A DNA stretch of 64,000 bases. Origin: an uncultured delta proteobacterium (GTDB taxonomy: Bacteria > Desulfobacterota > Desulfobacteria > Desulfobacterales > JAFDCJ01). This document shows positions 9,371-20,766 of the stretch, piece by piece. The position numbers were made by a program, and so were the translations under genes. Numbering within the stretch: position 1 is the stretch's first letter; every line of letters begins with the position of its first letter. The stretch spans positions 144,154 through 208,153 of the forward strand of contig CAVYNY010000008.1 in the NCBI GenBank assembly GCA_963769935.1, in the 5' to 3' direction. The notes beneath the pieces are model-generated. The model did no database searches and had not been told where the DNA came from. It saw only the letters and a program-made list of their open reading frames with translations.

Positions 9371-11312
9371 CTAAGAATCCAACCACCTCTCCCGCCACAT
9401 TTCCCACATCAACAATGACCAAAGTCGGTATTGGTGGTTGGTCCGGCCCGAGAGATGCTCGTTTATTTTCTGCTCGACATTTTTGGTGTTGAAAAGCCCC
9501 TCTTTTTGCAGCCGGTCGGTGGACAGATAATCCATAAGCAGGGGTTTCAATTCGGAGCGAAACCATTGGTCGACGGGAATGCCAAAGCCCATTTTCGGCC
9601 GCTCAAATAAATCCGGGGGCACATACTTGGCCAGCAGTTTTCTAAGCAGATACTTGCCGGTTCCATGCCGGAATTTTAAATTTTCAGGCAGCCCGGCTGT
9701 GAATTCAACCACCCGATGATCCAACAGGGGCACCCGCACTTCTAAAGAGGCGGCCATGCTGGCCCGATCCACCTTGGTCAGCATGGCATCCGGCAGATAG
9801 GTCTGCTGGTCGACCCGCATCAGACGCGCCAGCAGCGGCCAGTCGACGGTCTGTCTGAAACTCTCCTCATATCGGCTTTCCGGCAGCGGGAGAGTCAAGA
9901 GGCCGGCAATCTCGTCTGCCGACCACAGACAAATGGTCATACGATAAAGTTCGGAAACCTCCGTCCGGCTCAGCAGTTTGATCAGCTTTTGCCATTTATC
10001 ATGAAAATTGGCAACTCTTAAACTTTGCGGCAGGAAGCGCTGCAAGGGACGGTAACATTTTTCAGCCCATGAAGATGGAACGGAATCCAAAGCCAGGGAC
10101 AGAACTTTTCTGAAGGTCTCGGGAAAACGGGTAAATCCGGTTGCCATGGCCTTGGTGCTCCAGTAGCGCACATAGCCGGCAAACTGTTCGTCGCCGCCGT
10201 CACCCGAAAGCGCAACCGTAACATTTTGGCGGGTCAGGTGGCTGACCAGATAAGTTGGAATGGCCGAGGAGTCGGCAAAGGGCTCATCATAAAAATCCGG
10301 CAGATGGGGAATGACATCAAGGGCATCTTTAACGCTGACATATAGCTCAGTGTGTTTCGTTTTCAGATGTTTCGCTATTTTTGCAGCCCAGGGTGCCTCA
10401 TTATAGCCCTGCTCTTCAAAACCTATACTGAAGGTTCTGGCCGGCGTTGAGCTGACCTTTTGCATCAAGGCCACCACCACCGAAGAGTCGATTCCTCCGC
10501 TGAGCAGAGCGCCCAGAGGTACATCGCTGATCAAACGATCGGATACGGCCCGGGTCAGCAGATCATCCAATTGTTGCAGATAATCTTCCTCGGAGGAACC
10601 GGACCCGTTTTCAGCGTGCGGTGCTCCGGGCAATTGCCAGTACGGCTGAATTTGAGCAATGCCGTCGCTGTAAATCAGATAATGGCCGGGCGGCAGTTTG
10701 AATGTATTTTTAAATATTGTGCCCGGGGTCGGAACATACTGATAGTGCAAAAACAATGGGATGGCTTCCGGATCGAGATCCTTGAATCGGCTTCCGAAAG
10801 CCATGATAGCCTTGAGTTCGGAGGCGAAAATCAGGGTGCGCTGATCTTGACTGAGGTGATAATACAGCGGTTTGATGCCAAGCCGATCCCTGGCTAAAAA
10901 CAATGTGCGGTTGCGACCGTCCCAGATCGCAAAAGCAAACATGCCGATGAACCTTTGCAGGCAGTCCGCCCCCCACTGCAGGTAGGCTTTTAGGAGGACT
11001 TCCGTGTCACTCGTACTGGTGAACCTTTGGCCGCAATCCATAAGGGTTTTGCGGATTGCCATGAAATTATAAATTTCGCCGTTGTAGGAAACGTGAAGCT
11101 TTCCATCGGCGGCTGCCATGGGTTGATGTCCGGCACTGGAAAGATCGATGATCGACAGGCGGCGATGCGCCAGACCGACGCCGGAAGTTTCATCCAAAAA
11201 CATGCCGCAATCGTCCGGTCCGCGGTGCGCAAGGCTCTTGGAAGCTGCAGGCAGAGAATTCCTTCAGGTCTTGAAATTGATTACTTGATTTAAAGCCGAC
11301 GATACCGCACAT
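9371..11312 (-). CDS. asnB: asparagine synthase-like glutamine amidotransferase (frameshift near the 5' end)
   Basis: True start MCGIVG at 11312; HRRLSIIDL, NGEIYN, LSGGIDSS, SGDGGDE, RPKMGF motifs. Confidence 0.92.
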
Positions 11313-11442
11313 AACCAGGTTGTGTGTTGGTTGTGTTGTTTGTTGTTAGTGGTTTGTGGTTAAATATGAATAGTTTTAGCTTTAGTCCAACCGTCTTTGG
11401 GGCCGGCGGCATGGCTTGTATGAAACTTCAATGAAGGTATGT

Positions 11443-11700
11443 GGAATGGATTCGATTTTTATTTTTATTTAGACAGGATTTACCGGATAATCAGGAATTT
11501 TTCCGCCTGCGGCGAGGGGCCTTTCGGCCGAAGGCCGCATTATCCTAACGATCCTGTTGACCTGCCCGCTCGTGCCTATCCGCATTATTTTGTATGCCTG
11601 AGATACAAGCCTGTCAAGCGGGTTGAACTTGGTATTGAGCAAAGTCTCGCCTGGCAGGCGGGTCCTGTCCAATTATTTCTTTGAAATAAGAATCCATTCC
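11443..11700. repeat. three-level nested palindromic element
   Basis: Outer arms GGAATGGATTC/GAATCCATTCC; inner arms GACAGGATTTACCGGAT/ATCCTGTTGA^TCCTGTC; 102-bp insert at 11561-11662. Confidence 0.75.
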
Positions 11701-11710
11701 TCAGTTTCTT

Positions 11711-12949
11711 TTATTGATCAAATCGGCCGTTTTTTTGGCCAGCGGCCGCGCTGAACCCTGCACGCTGAACCCCCTGATGCTCGTAAAGCTTTATGTACTC
11801 GGCAACCATTTTTTGACAGGAAAAGTTTTGCTCCACGCGACGCCTTCCGGCTGTCCCCCATCTTTCAGCCTTTGCCGGATCTTGGAGCAGATCCATAATT
11901 TTGATCGCCAGTTCTTTCGGATTGGCGGGTGCCACCAGCCACCCGGTTTCACCATCCAATACCGCTTCCGGATTTCCACCCACCCGGGTGGCGACAACCG
12001 GCAAACCGGCAGCCATCGATTCCAGGATTACATTTGAAAATCCCTCCTCATGCGATGGCAATACGGAGATATCACTGGCGGCCATTAGATTCGGGATGTC
12101 CTTTCTCTGGCCTAAAAACATGATATGGCCGTCGATCCCCAGCTTGCGAGCCTCTTGCTCAAGGCTTTTTTGGATACCGCGATCCTCGCCGACCAGAAGG
12201 AAAATACTTTTTGAAAATTGTCCAACAACAATGGCTGCGGCCTTGAGCAGATCGGCGTGGCCTTTGTATGGGATAAGGTTGGCTACGGTTATGATGACAT
12301 TTTTTTCAGAATCCAAATGCAGTGCGGCGCGGCATTCTTTTTTACTGCCGATTCCAGCGGCGAACTCCTTCAGATCAAGACCATTGTAAATCAATCGAAT
12401 TTTAGCAGGATTGCACTTATCCCGCTTGATGGTATCTTCACCCACTGCTTTTGAATTGACAGTTATCCAGTGACTGAACCGGGAAGACACCATGTCAAAA
12501 AGGCGCCAACCCCGGTTTCGATCCTGGTGGGTCCCCAGGGCTCGCTTGCTGGTGATAATGCCGGGAACATTTACCATTCGACCGGCAAAAGACCCCATAA
12601 AATTAGTCAAAGGCAAATATGAATGAATAATATCCGGCCGTAGGTTTCGAACGAGCCTCAGAATTCGAAATTGGGCCCGGATTAACAACAATATTTTTAA
12701 AATCCATCTTTTTTTTGAACAGTAGCCTCCGCTGTGGACCGTTAAAGGGAAAGTTTTTAAATAATCCTTCAAAGGTCCGCTGGGTTCTAGAACAAACAAA
12801 TGGCAGCTATAATTCAACTGCCCGAGATGCTTGATCAGCAGGGCCAGCTGCTTTTCCGCTCCCCCGATGGCTAAGGATCCAATCGCAAACAAAATAGTGG
12901 GTTTAGTAGGGCGCTCATGACCGCGTTTTGCAGACATTGTTAGGATCAA
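11711..12949 (-). CDS. glycosyltransferase family 4
   Basis: GGAEKQ, KGHADL, PSHEEGFSNVILESMAAG motifs. Confidence 0.92.
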   Translation of the reverse strand: MILTMSAKRGHERPTKPTILFAIGSLAIGGAEKQLALLIKHLGQLNYSCHLFVLEPSGPLKDYLKTFPLTVHSGGYCSKKRWILKILLLIRAQFRILRLVRNLRPDIIHSYLPLTNFMGSFAGRMVNVPGIITSKRALGTHQDRNRGWRLFDMVSSRFSHWITVNSKAVGEDTIKRDKCNPAKIRLIYNGLDLKEFAAGIGSKKECRAALHLDSEKNVIITVANLIPYKGHADLLKAAAIVVGQFSKSIFLLVGEDRGIQKSLEQEARKLGIDGHIMFLGQRKDIPNLMAASDISVLPSHEEGFSNVILESMAAGLPVVATRVGGNPEAVLDGETGWLVAPANPKELAIKIMDLLQDPAKAERWGTAGRRRVEQNFSCQKMVAEYIKLYEHQGVQRAGFSAAAGQKNGRFDQ

Positions 12950-13144
12950 ATCCCTGCTGTTTTGGCAGTAAAAAATTTAACCATAGACCGGCTTCACCGC
13001 AGAGAGCGCAAAGAGCGCAGAGAAGACAGTTTTAGTTTTTGCAGTTGCAAAATTAAAAACATACCACTGAAATTCGGTTTATAGTAATCTGTGCAATCTG
13101 CGTTCACCCGTGTCCCAAAAAAACAATTAAATTTGAGTCCTTAC

Positions 13145-14497
13145 TCAAGCCCCGTTGGAATCAGCAGCAAGCCTTTCTTCTCTGGAAACCAGTCGGTTGG
13201 CAAAATAAAAAAGAAAAACAAAAGATATCAGGTAGACACACGAGGTAGAAAGTGCAATGCCTTTCAACCCGATGAAGTGCATGAAAGCAATGTTTAATAT
13301 CACGTTGACGAATAAATTAATGGCGGCACCCCACATGAGGATATGGTTGGCACGCAAAGACGAAATTAATCGAACGACCACAATGCTGGCCACGTAGAAA
13401 GGAATCTGAAACGCAAACATCGCTTGAACGGATGAAACCACTGCAGTGTCCTGGGATGTAAAGGAACCCCGCTGAAAAACAGCCTGGATAATGGTCTCTG
13501 AGATTCCAAAAATGAGGAGCGCCGCTGGAATTCCAAGTGCAAAAATTATCCCTAAATAAAATTTGATGGTACTGCGAATATCTTTCCATTCCCGATCGGC
13601 AACCATTCTTGAAAAATAGGGCAATACCGCAGTACCGATGGCGGTTGTAGCCAAGGTCAATACGGCCGCGATAATTTTATTGCCATAGTTGAGTGAAGCG
13701 ACGCTTCCGGGTGAGAGTGCCGCGGCCATGCCTTTATCCACGATTTCGGTGCTTCCCATAATAATCGTGCCGGCAACTACCGGCAGAAACTGTCCGATGA
13801 TGACTCGCATGGACGGGTCGGAATCAAGGATACGAGGACGCAGTGAAAAGTTGTTCCGGATTACTGCAACTCCTATCAGTAAAGTTTCAAGACCAAAGCC
13901 CAGCAAAGTGCCGTAAACAAGGGCGTAAATACCAAGGGAGGTCCCGACGGTGACGATCAATAAAATCGCCGACAAGGGACCTAAAATCTGAAGTGCGGTA
14001 GGCAGAGCAAACGATTCCAAAGAATTTAAGACGCCGGCACATATATTAGATAAACCTTTTAAAAAGATGATTGGTATCAGTAGATAGAGAATTACTTTGG
14101 TGAGATGCAACTTTTCGTCTGAAAATCCGGAACATAAGGCAGGAAGGTATTCAGGGGCGAGAATAAAGATCAGAATGGACAGGATAAAGCAGAGAGATAG
14201 AAACCAGCCGATGACATTGCTTAAAATTTTTTGGGCAGCAACTAAACCCTGATGCTGATTAACCTGAATGAAGGTTGGAACGAAAGATGCCGACAGTGAA
14301 CCGCCAATTATATTGACCGCGAAGGTCGGAACCAGCAATGCGATTAAAAAGGCATCTAAAGCATCGCCGGTTCCGAACCAGGCAGCGACCGTGAGTTCTT
14401 TGGCAAATCCGCCAATTTGAGCGAAAATGGTGAAAGTGCCGACAATGGTTGCAGCACCGAGTATCTTCTGTTTAATCGATTTTACGCTTTTCTCCAA
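13145..14497 (-). CDS. MurJ/MviN-like lipid-linked glycan flippase
   Basis: FG....DAF.IA...P, AVLPYFS, FQRGSFT..DT motifs. Confidence 0.85.
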   Translation of the reverse strand: MEKSVKSIKQKILGAATIVGTFTIFAQIGGFAKELTVAAWFGTGDALDAFLIALLVPTFAVNIIGGSLSASFVPTFIQVNQHQGLVAAQKILSNVIGWFLSLCFILSILIFILAPEYLPALCSGFSDEKLHLTKVILYLLIPIIFLKGLSNICAGVLNSLESFALPTALQILGPLSAILLIVTVGTSLGIYALVYGTLLGFGLETLLIGVAVIRNNFSLRPRILDSDPSMRVIIGQFLPVVAGTIIMGSTEIVDKGMAAALSPGSVASLNYGNKIIAAVLTLATTAIGTAVLPYFSRMVADREWKDIRSTIKFYLGIIFALGIPAALLIFGISETIIQAVFQRGSFTSQDTAVVSSVQAMFAFQIPFYVASIVVVRLISSLRANHILMWGAAINLFVNVILNIAFMHFIGLKGIALSTSCVYLISFVFLFYFANRLVSREERLAADSNGA

Positions 14498-14585
14498 TAA
14501 ACAAAATTTTATTATGAGCGCGGCCGCTGGCCGCGAATACCCAGCCTTATGAGATAAAAACTCCCTAATTTGAAAGAAAAAGAGG

Positions 14586-14860
14586 AGCGGTTCAATCTTT
14601 TTTCCTATAACCGCCCGCTTCGCTCAAGGCGCCAAGGACGCAAAGTAAAATTACGTGATTAGATGACTGGCTGCGCCACTGACAACCCAACAAATGCTTG
14701 CCCAAAATTCATGCGATTATCAGCGCCTCAACCTTCGTTGCCCGTAGGGGATGAGCCCTTTGTTCGAATCGTAATACCAGCCAACGCTTTATCGGCTGAT
14801 GTACCCGATTCGTACAAAAACCCTTCGCGATCTTCGCGCCTTAGCGGTTCAATCTTTTTC
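14586..14860. repeat. full-length diverged copy of the array unit, inverted
   Basis: Contains both AACCGCCCGCTTCGCTCAAGGCGCCAAGGACGCAAAG and the CGAATCG/CCAGCC hairpin, ending GCGGTTCAATC. Confidence 0.88.
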
Positions 14861-14891
14861 TTATTGAAAATGTAGTTCACACTAGAATGAT

Positions 14892-16190
14892 TCAATCAGC
14901 GGTTTGGACTAAACAATCATTACCTTCAATATCGAACCCTGTAATCATGCCGGCAAAATACCATTTGAAATATTCTGTGCTCAAATCAGTGTGAAGACTG
15001 GAATATAGGAAAAAGAAGATTAAAGAAAGCGGATAAAAAAGAAAAATCATCCGGTTATCGCCAGATAATTGTTTATAAACTGCGAAAGCTCTTTTAAAGA
15101 TAAGTCCGAATAAAATTGCAAACACGCTAAACCCCACAATACCCGTTTCGGCTAACAATTCCAGAATAATATTGTGCGGATGAACAAAGTTTATACCCGG
15201 AGACTTTATCAGGATACGATATACCAAATCCTGCTCCCAAAACAGGATTCTTTTTGAATTTACCAATTGCATTTTTCCATATTCGAAGCCTGATCAACAG
15301 AGTTATAAGCAGATGAATCATTTGATATTACATATCTTATTATATTTTTAGCCGTCTTCAAATGCCTTGATATATCTTGTCTTGAGGGATTTATTTAAAT
15401 TGGGAAGCAGGACAAAGGAGGCTATTATTATAAAACACACTATAATTATGGGATATATTTTATTCAGTTTGATGTGGGAATAGTAAAACAGATAAATAAT
15501 AAACGAAATTAAAAAACCGAATAAGGCGGTCCGGGTCCCTGAATAAAACCCAATTATAAAACAGCTAGATAAAAGAGCGAATACGCCTATTCTTACAATT
15601 ATTTTCATCGATGAATCAAATTTAAATAAAACACACAGCGCAAAAAAATAAAATAATGCACCTATTTGCGCATTGTTAATTTCATTAATATTATCATAAA
15701 TTCGTTGATTTATTATCGGCCAGTACTGATAAAGCGTATAGATTAAAAACCCAACTATAAATACAACCCATATCGAATTAAACCGCTTGGACCTTGCGAT
15801 CGACATATTTGACATGGTTCCCAGAGCAAAACCAAAGAGACAATAACTGATGAAAAATTTTAAACTTTCTCTTGTTGACTCAGTATCTATGTGCTTGATG
15901 CTCGATAGAAAAATAACTAAAGCAAACAACATCATACACAATATAATCCATTTATTTCTTTTTAGAGCTTGAATTCCATGGATTTTGAAATATATTGCAC
16001 AGGCTATCACACCCGGTCCCAATAAAACAATTAATGTTCGGAAAAAGTTGGGTACTAATTTTATATGCTCTCCTATGATTATAAAAATAATAGGGGACAA
16101 CATGGTGTACACAAGCAAAACATCAGCGATTCCAAGAGTGAGATTCTCTGTAAATTTTAATCTATTATTTTGGAATTGGAATTTAATCAT
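14892..16190 (-). CDS. O-antigen ligase/polymerase-like membrane protein (split by frameshifts)
   Basis: Three ORF pieces give SGTRTA, R..IWKNA..FKKNPVLGAGFG and HPHNIILELLAETGIVG. Confidence 0.8.
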
Positions 16191-16294
16191 AATATCTGTG
16201 CTGCGAATTCCCGATACAATAACTATTTACAAATCTGTGAAATCTGTGAAAATCTGTGTCCCAAAAAATATTGATAATCAAATTGAGTTTCAAC

Positions 16295-18198
16295 TCAATT
16301 TACCCTCATCGGCGTATATTCCGGCAAGATCTCTTTTAATTTTAATTTAATCTCATCTCCTACCTGGCGATTGGCCAATTGAACCAACTCATCAATCTTA
16401 CCGTTTAATAGATTTAGGCTACAATCAATCCCTTTTAGCACCATGATTTTTTCATGGCGGGTCGGAATTATATTTTCGCCTTCCGTAATCAACTCTTCAT
16501 ACAGCTTTTCGCCGGGTCTAAGTCCAATATATTCAATTTTAATGTCAATATCCGGCTCAAAACCGGAAAGACGGATCAGATCCCGGGCCATATCATAAAT
16601 TTTAATCGGTGTGCCCATATCCAGGATAAATATTTCACCTCCCTCCCCCATAGCGCCGGCTTGAAGAATCAACTGACAGGCCTCCGGGATGGTCATAAAA
16701 AAACGCGTGACCTCCGGATGGGTAACCGTTACCGGCCCCCCTTCGGCTATCTGCTTTTTAAACAAAGGTACCACGCTGCCGACACTGCCGACAACATTTC
16801 CAAATCTGACAATCATGAATTTGGTATCCGACAAATGGCAGTCATTTTGACCGTGTATCAGCATTTCAGCCAGTCTCTTGGATGCGCCCATTACATTGGC
16901 CGGACGCACGGCCTTGTCGGTCGAAACAAAAACAAAGCGTGATACCTGATGCTTGCCCGAAATATCAATCAGATTCTTTGTCCCAATGACATTGTTTTCG
17001 ATGGCTTTCCAGGACTGCAGTTCCAGCATAGGAACATGTTTATAGGCCGCTGCATGAAATACAATATGGGGCTGATTTGTCTCAAAAGCTTTTTCAATCT
17101 GATTGATATCCTGAATATCGCCTAAAGTGGGAACAACTTTTACATCTTGAAAATTTTTCTTTAACTCAAGCTCAATTTCGTACAACGGACTCTCTGCTCT
17201 TTCAAAAAGAATTATTTTTTCAGGTTTAAACCGACAAATTTGCCGGCAAAGCTCTGATCCGATTGACCCGCCGGCTCCGGTAACCAACACATTTAGATCG
17301 TTAATATAAGCACCGATTTGATCCTCATCCAATTTAATGGCTTCCCGACCCAGTAGATCCCGATAGGCCACTTCCCGAATTGCATTTACCGTCACTTTAC
17401 CATCGATTAATTCACCCATTCCGGGAATAGTTTTAAAGGTAATTCCACATTTCTTGCAATTTTCAACGATATATCGCATCTGTTGCGAATTGGCTGACGG
17501 AACAGCAATAAGAATCTCATAGGCACTCACCTTTTTTGCCGCTATTTCGATATCTTTAATTGGGCCAAATACCGGAAGGCCATGAATTTTCATTCCTATC
17601 TTTCCTGGGTCATCATCAACAAATCCCACCACATTATAATGAAGTGTCGAGTTATCACGTATCTCTCTGTAGAGTTTTTCTCCACAATTGCCGGCTCCAA
17701 CGATGAGAAGGTTTTTTTGGGCCGCATGTTTTTTCGTCAAAAGTCCCCAGAATAGCTTTCACGGTTCTCGGCCAAGAATCATTTTCGCTGATATGAACAA
17801 AGTAGACACGAATTCCTAAGCGAAAACCGGCAATAAAAAGAATAGTCAAACACCAATCAATAACAAAAACTGACCGCGGAAATCCAATAAATCGATGCGG
17901 GCTGAAAAGAATAAAGCATATAATAAGAAGCGTGCTGATACTCGATGCCTTAATAATATTTACAAGATCGGCAATACTGGTAAATCGCCACATCCCACGG
18001 TAGAGATCAAAATAAAAAAAACAAAATATCTTTGTCAACAAAACAAAAGGCAGACATCCAATAGATAAAATCCAAATTTTGACTATATAAGTTAAAATCA
18101 AATCGAACCAGATTGGCAAGGATCAATGCGAAAACTATTAATAGTATATCTGCAAAGAAAAGAATAAAAAAATTCTTATCTGAAAGCCTATATTTCAT
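16295..18198 (-). CDS. PglF/CapD-type UDP-GlcNAc 4,6-dehydratase (frameshifts in 5' part)
   Basis: LYRGMWRF, GAGGSIGSEL, HAAAYKHVP, STDKAVRP, MGASK, RPGEKLYEEL. Confidence 0.92.
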
Positions 18199-18253
18199 TG
18201 CTTTTCTTTTCGATTTATCAGCCACTAATTCTCTTAAATCTAGGTACTCAAAA

Positions 18254-19006
18254 TTAGATCAAATTCTTTTTGGAGTGCGTGCTTGCACAATTCTGTCTGA
18301 GCCTGGTGGGGGTTTGGGCAGAAAGAGGCTCATTACGACCGGCGATTTCAATCAGTCGTTGGCTGCCTCCCAATTTTTTTAGTATTTTTTGAATACCCTG
18401 AAGTGCCAGCGGTCTTGAAAGAATAGCAACCACTGTTAAATAGATAATTTGCCAATCCAGAATCATAGATCGATTTTCAATATAGAACAAGCCTAGTCGG
18501 CTTTTCCAGGGTCGGATGACTTGGTTGTATTTTAAATCCGGATCTTCGCTTCCAGCCAAGACATTGCCTTCGTCAGAAAAAACGATTGAAGCAAAATCGG
18601 TAATCCCGGGCCGTATGTCGAGCAAATGCCGCTCTCGTTCGGTATAGAGCGCAACATCGCGTTGAACGTTGGGACGGGGGCCTACTAAACTCATTTGTCC
18701 CCAAAGCACGTTCCAAAGTTGGGAGAATTCATCGAGCTTGTAACGCCGGATGAAATGGCCGATCCAAGTGATTCGCTTATCATCTGCTGCAGTGGAATCA
18801 ACTCCGCTTTTATCGGCGTTTACCACCATGGACCGCAGTTTGACCATGTAAAATGTTTTGCAATTTTTCCCAACCCGCGGTGCAATGTAAAAGGGCGAAG
18901 CAAAATCCTGTAACCAAATCAGGACGATAAATATGATAAAAAATGGTGAAAGTATAATCAAGCCTGATAGTGATAATATGATATCTATTAAACGTTTCAT
19001 AGCCAA
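18254..19006 (-). CDS. PglC-like monotopic phosphoglycosyl (sugar) transferase
   Basis: KRLIDI, KLRSM, KLDEFSQLWNV..G.MSLVGPRP, RPGIT. Confidence 0.92.
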   Translation of the reverse strand: MAMKRLIDIILSLSGLIILSPFFIIFIVLIWLQDFASPFYIAPRVGKNCKTFYMVKLRSMVVNADKSGVDSTAADDKRITWIGHFIRRYKLDEFSQLWNVLWGQMSLVGPRPNVQRDVALYTERERHLLDIRPGITDFASIVFSDEGNVLAGSEDPDLKYNQVIRPWKSRLGLFYIENRSMILDWQIIYLTVVAILSRPLALQGIQKILKKLGGSQRLIEIAGRNEPLSAQTPTRLRQNCASTHSKKNLI

Positions 19007-19939
19007 TCAGATCTTATAAGAAAGAAGCTTTTTAATACGTTTGCTGATGGAAACAGCATCAAGGTCGTATTTTTGACGCAAATACTTTTGAGAACCTACA
19101 ATACAAGAGAATCCTGCCTCCAGTCCGATTCGTAAAAAGGTATCCGGGTACACCCCATTATCCATAATTGTCTCGGCTACCGCACCACCTAAACCACCGT
19201 AAATTGTATGCTCTTCGACAGTGATAATTGCAGGGATTGTTCGGCAGGTTTCAATAATAATTTTCTGGTCTAGGGGCTTAATTGTGTGCATGCTAATAAT
19301 TTTGGCATCAATGTCTTCTTTTTCCAACAAATCGCTAGGATACCAAACTTCTTCAAGTATACCGCCGGTAACGAATATCGCACAATCATTACCGTCACGA
19401 AGCACTCGTGCTTTCCCGACTTTGAATACTTCACCATCTTCCCGAGGAGTATCATTACCTGCGGATTTGTCAAGACGTAAAAAACAAGCACCGGGTGTAT
19501 GAACTATCGCTTCCGTCGCCTCGACGGTTTCCCAATAACCGCATGGCGACAGTACGGTAATATCTGGCAAACTTCTCATAATTGCCAAATCTTCAGTTGC
19601 ATGATGTGAAATACCCAAGGCACCGTAGCTGAAACCTCCTCCTATTGAAACCACTTTTACATTGGCGGCATGGTAGCAGGCATCATTTCGAATTTGCTCT
19701 AGACAACGCAGGGTTGGGAAATTGGCAATGGAATAGGTGAAAACAATTCGGCCCTCCAGAGCCAGGCCGGTAGCAATACCGGTCATATTCTGTTCGGCTA
19801 CACCGGCATTGATAAATTGAGAGGGAAATCGATCCCAAAATTTATCTAAAACGCCGAAACCCAAATCACCTGTAACCAGTGTAATTCGCTTGTCGTATTC
19901 AGCCAGTTCGCACAACCGTTTGACAAAATGATCTCGCAT
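19007..19939 (-). CDS. transketolase, C-terminal subunit
   Basis: Start MRDHF at 19939; GDLG, GVAEQNM, HHATED, TVEEH motifs. Confidence 0.9.
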   Translation of the reverse strand: MRDHFVKRLCELAEYDKRITLVTGDLGFGVLDKFWDRFPSQFINAGVAEQNMTGIATGLALEGRIVFTYSIANFPTLRCLEQIRNDACYHAANVKVVSIGGGFSYGALGISHHATEDLAIMRSLPDITVLSPCGYWETVEATEAIVHTPGACFLRLDKSAGNDTPREDGEVFKVGKARVLRDGNDCAIFVTGGILEEVWYPSDLLEKEDIDAKIISMHTIKPLDQKIIIETCRTIPAIITVEEHTIYGGLGGAVAETIMDNGVYPDTFLRIGLEAGFSCIVGSQKYLRQKYDLDAVSISKRIKKLLSYKI

Positions 19940-19943
19940 GGTA

Positions 19944-20746
19944 TCAATCTTCCAACTCTTTGAGTGCCAAATGGAATTCCTCTCCCCGGGCACATCGGTA
20001 ATGCCAGAGCACGCTATTTTCCATGAAAGAAACCCCTTTTCCCTTAATCGTATGAGCAATGATCACGGTTGGTTTCTCCTTTTCTAAGGGTATGCCACTG
20101 AGAGCATCACTCAATTGACGGTGATCATGTCCATCTATTTCCTGAACCGCCCAGCCGAAACTCTTCATTTATCGGCAAAAGGTTCGATGGCCAGCGTTTC
20201 TGAAACAGTTGCCAAACTCTGTATTTTGTTATAGTCAACGATGGCGGTCAAATTGTCCAATCTATAGTGAGCGGCGAATAAAATAGCTTCCCAATTCGAC
20301 CCCTCGTCACATTCGCCGTCTGAAAGCAAAACAAAAATCCGATGCATACGTCCATCGAGCTTAGCGCCCAATGCCATTCCGGCAGCGACAGAAAGGCCGT
20401 GGCCTAGACTTCCGGTTGAAAGTTCCACACCCGGTATTCCTTTATGACTAACATGGCCGCTTAGATCGGATCCATTCTGGTAATGCGTTTGCAATTTTTC
20501 GACATTAATAAATCCCTTCTCCGCCAACACTGCATATACGGCAGCACCGGCATGGCCTTTGCTCAGGATAAATCGATCCCGGTCCTCAGCTGTCGGATTT
20601 TTTGGGTCAATAGATAAGATATCACTATATAGTACCGCCAGAATATCGGCTATGCTAAGAGCAGAACCGACATGTGAGCTGCCGCCGCTGCTCGTCATTT
20701 TTAGAGAGTTTATTCTGATTCTTTTAGCAAGTTCTGTTGATTCCAA
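19944..20746 (-). CDS. transketolase, N-terminal subunit (frameshift near 20165)
   Basis: LSKGHA, STGSLGHGL, DGECDEGSNWE TPP-binding motif, TIKGKGVSFME..WH. Confidence 0.9.
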
Positions 20747-20766
20747 TTCGATTCTCCAGGCTGATC

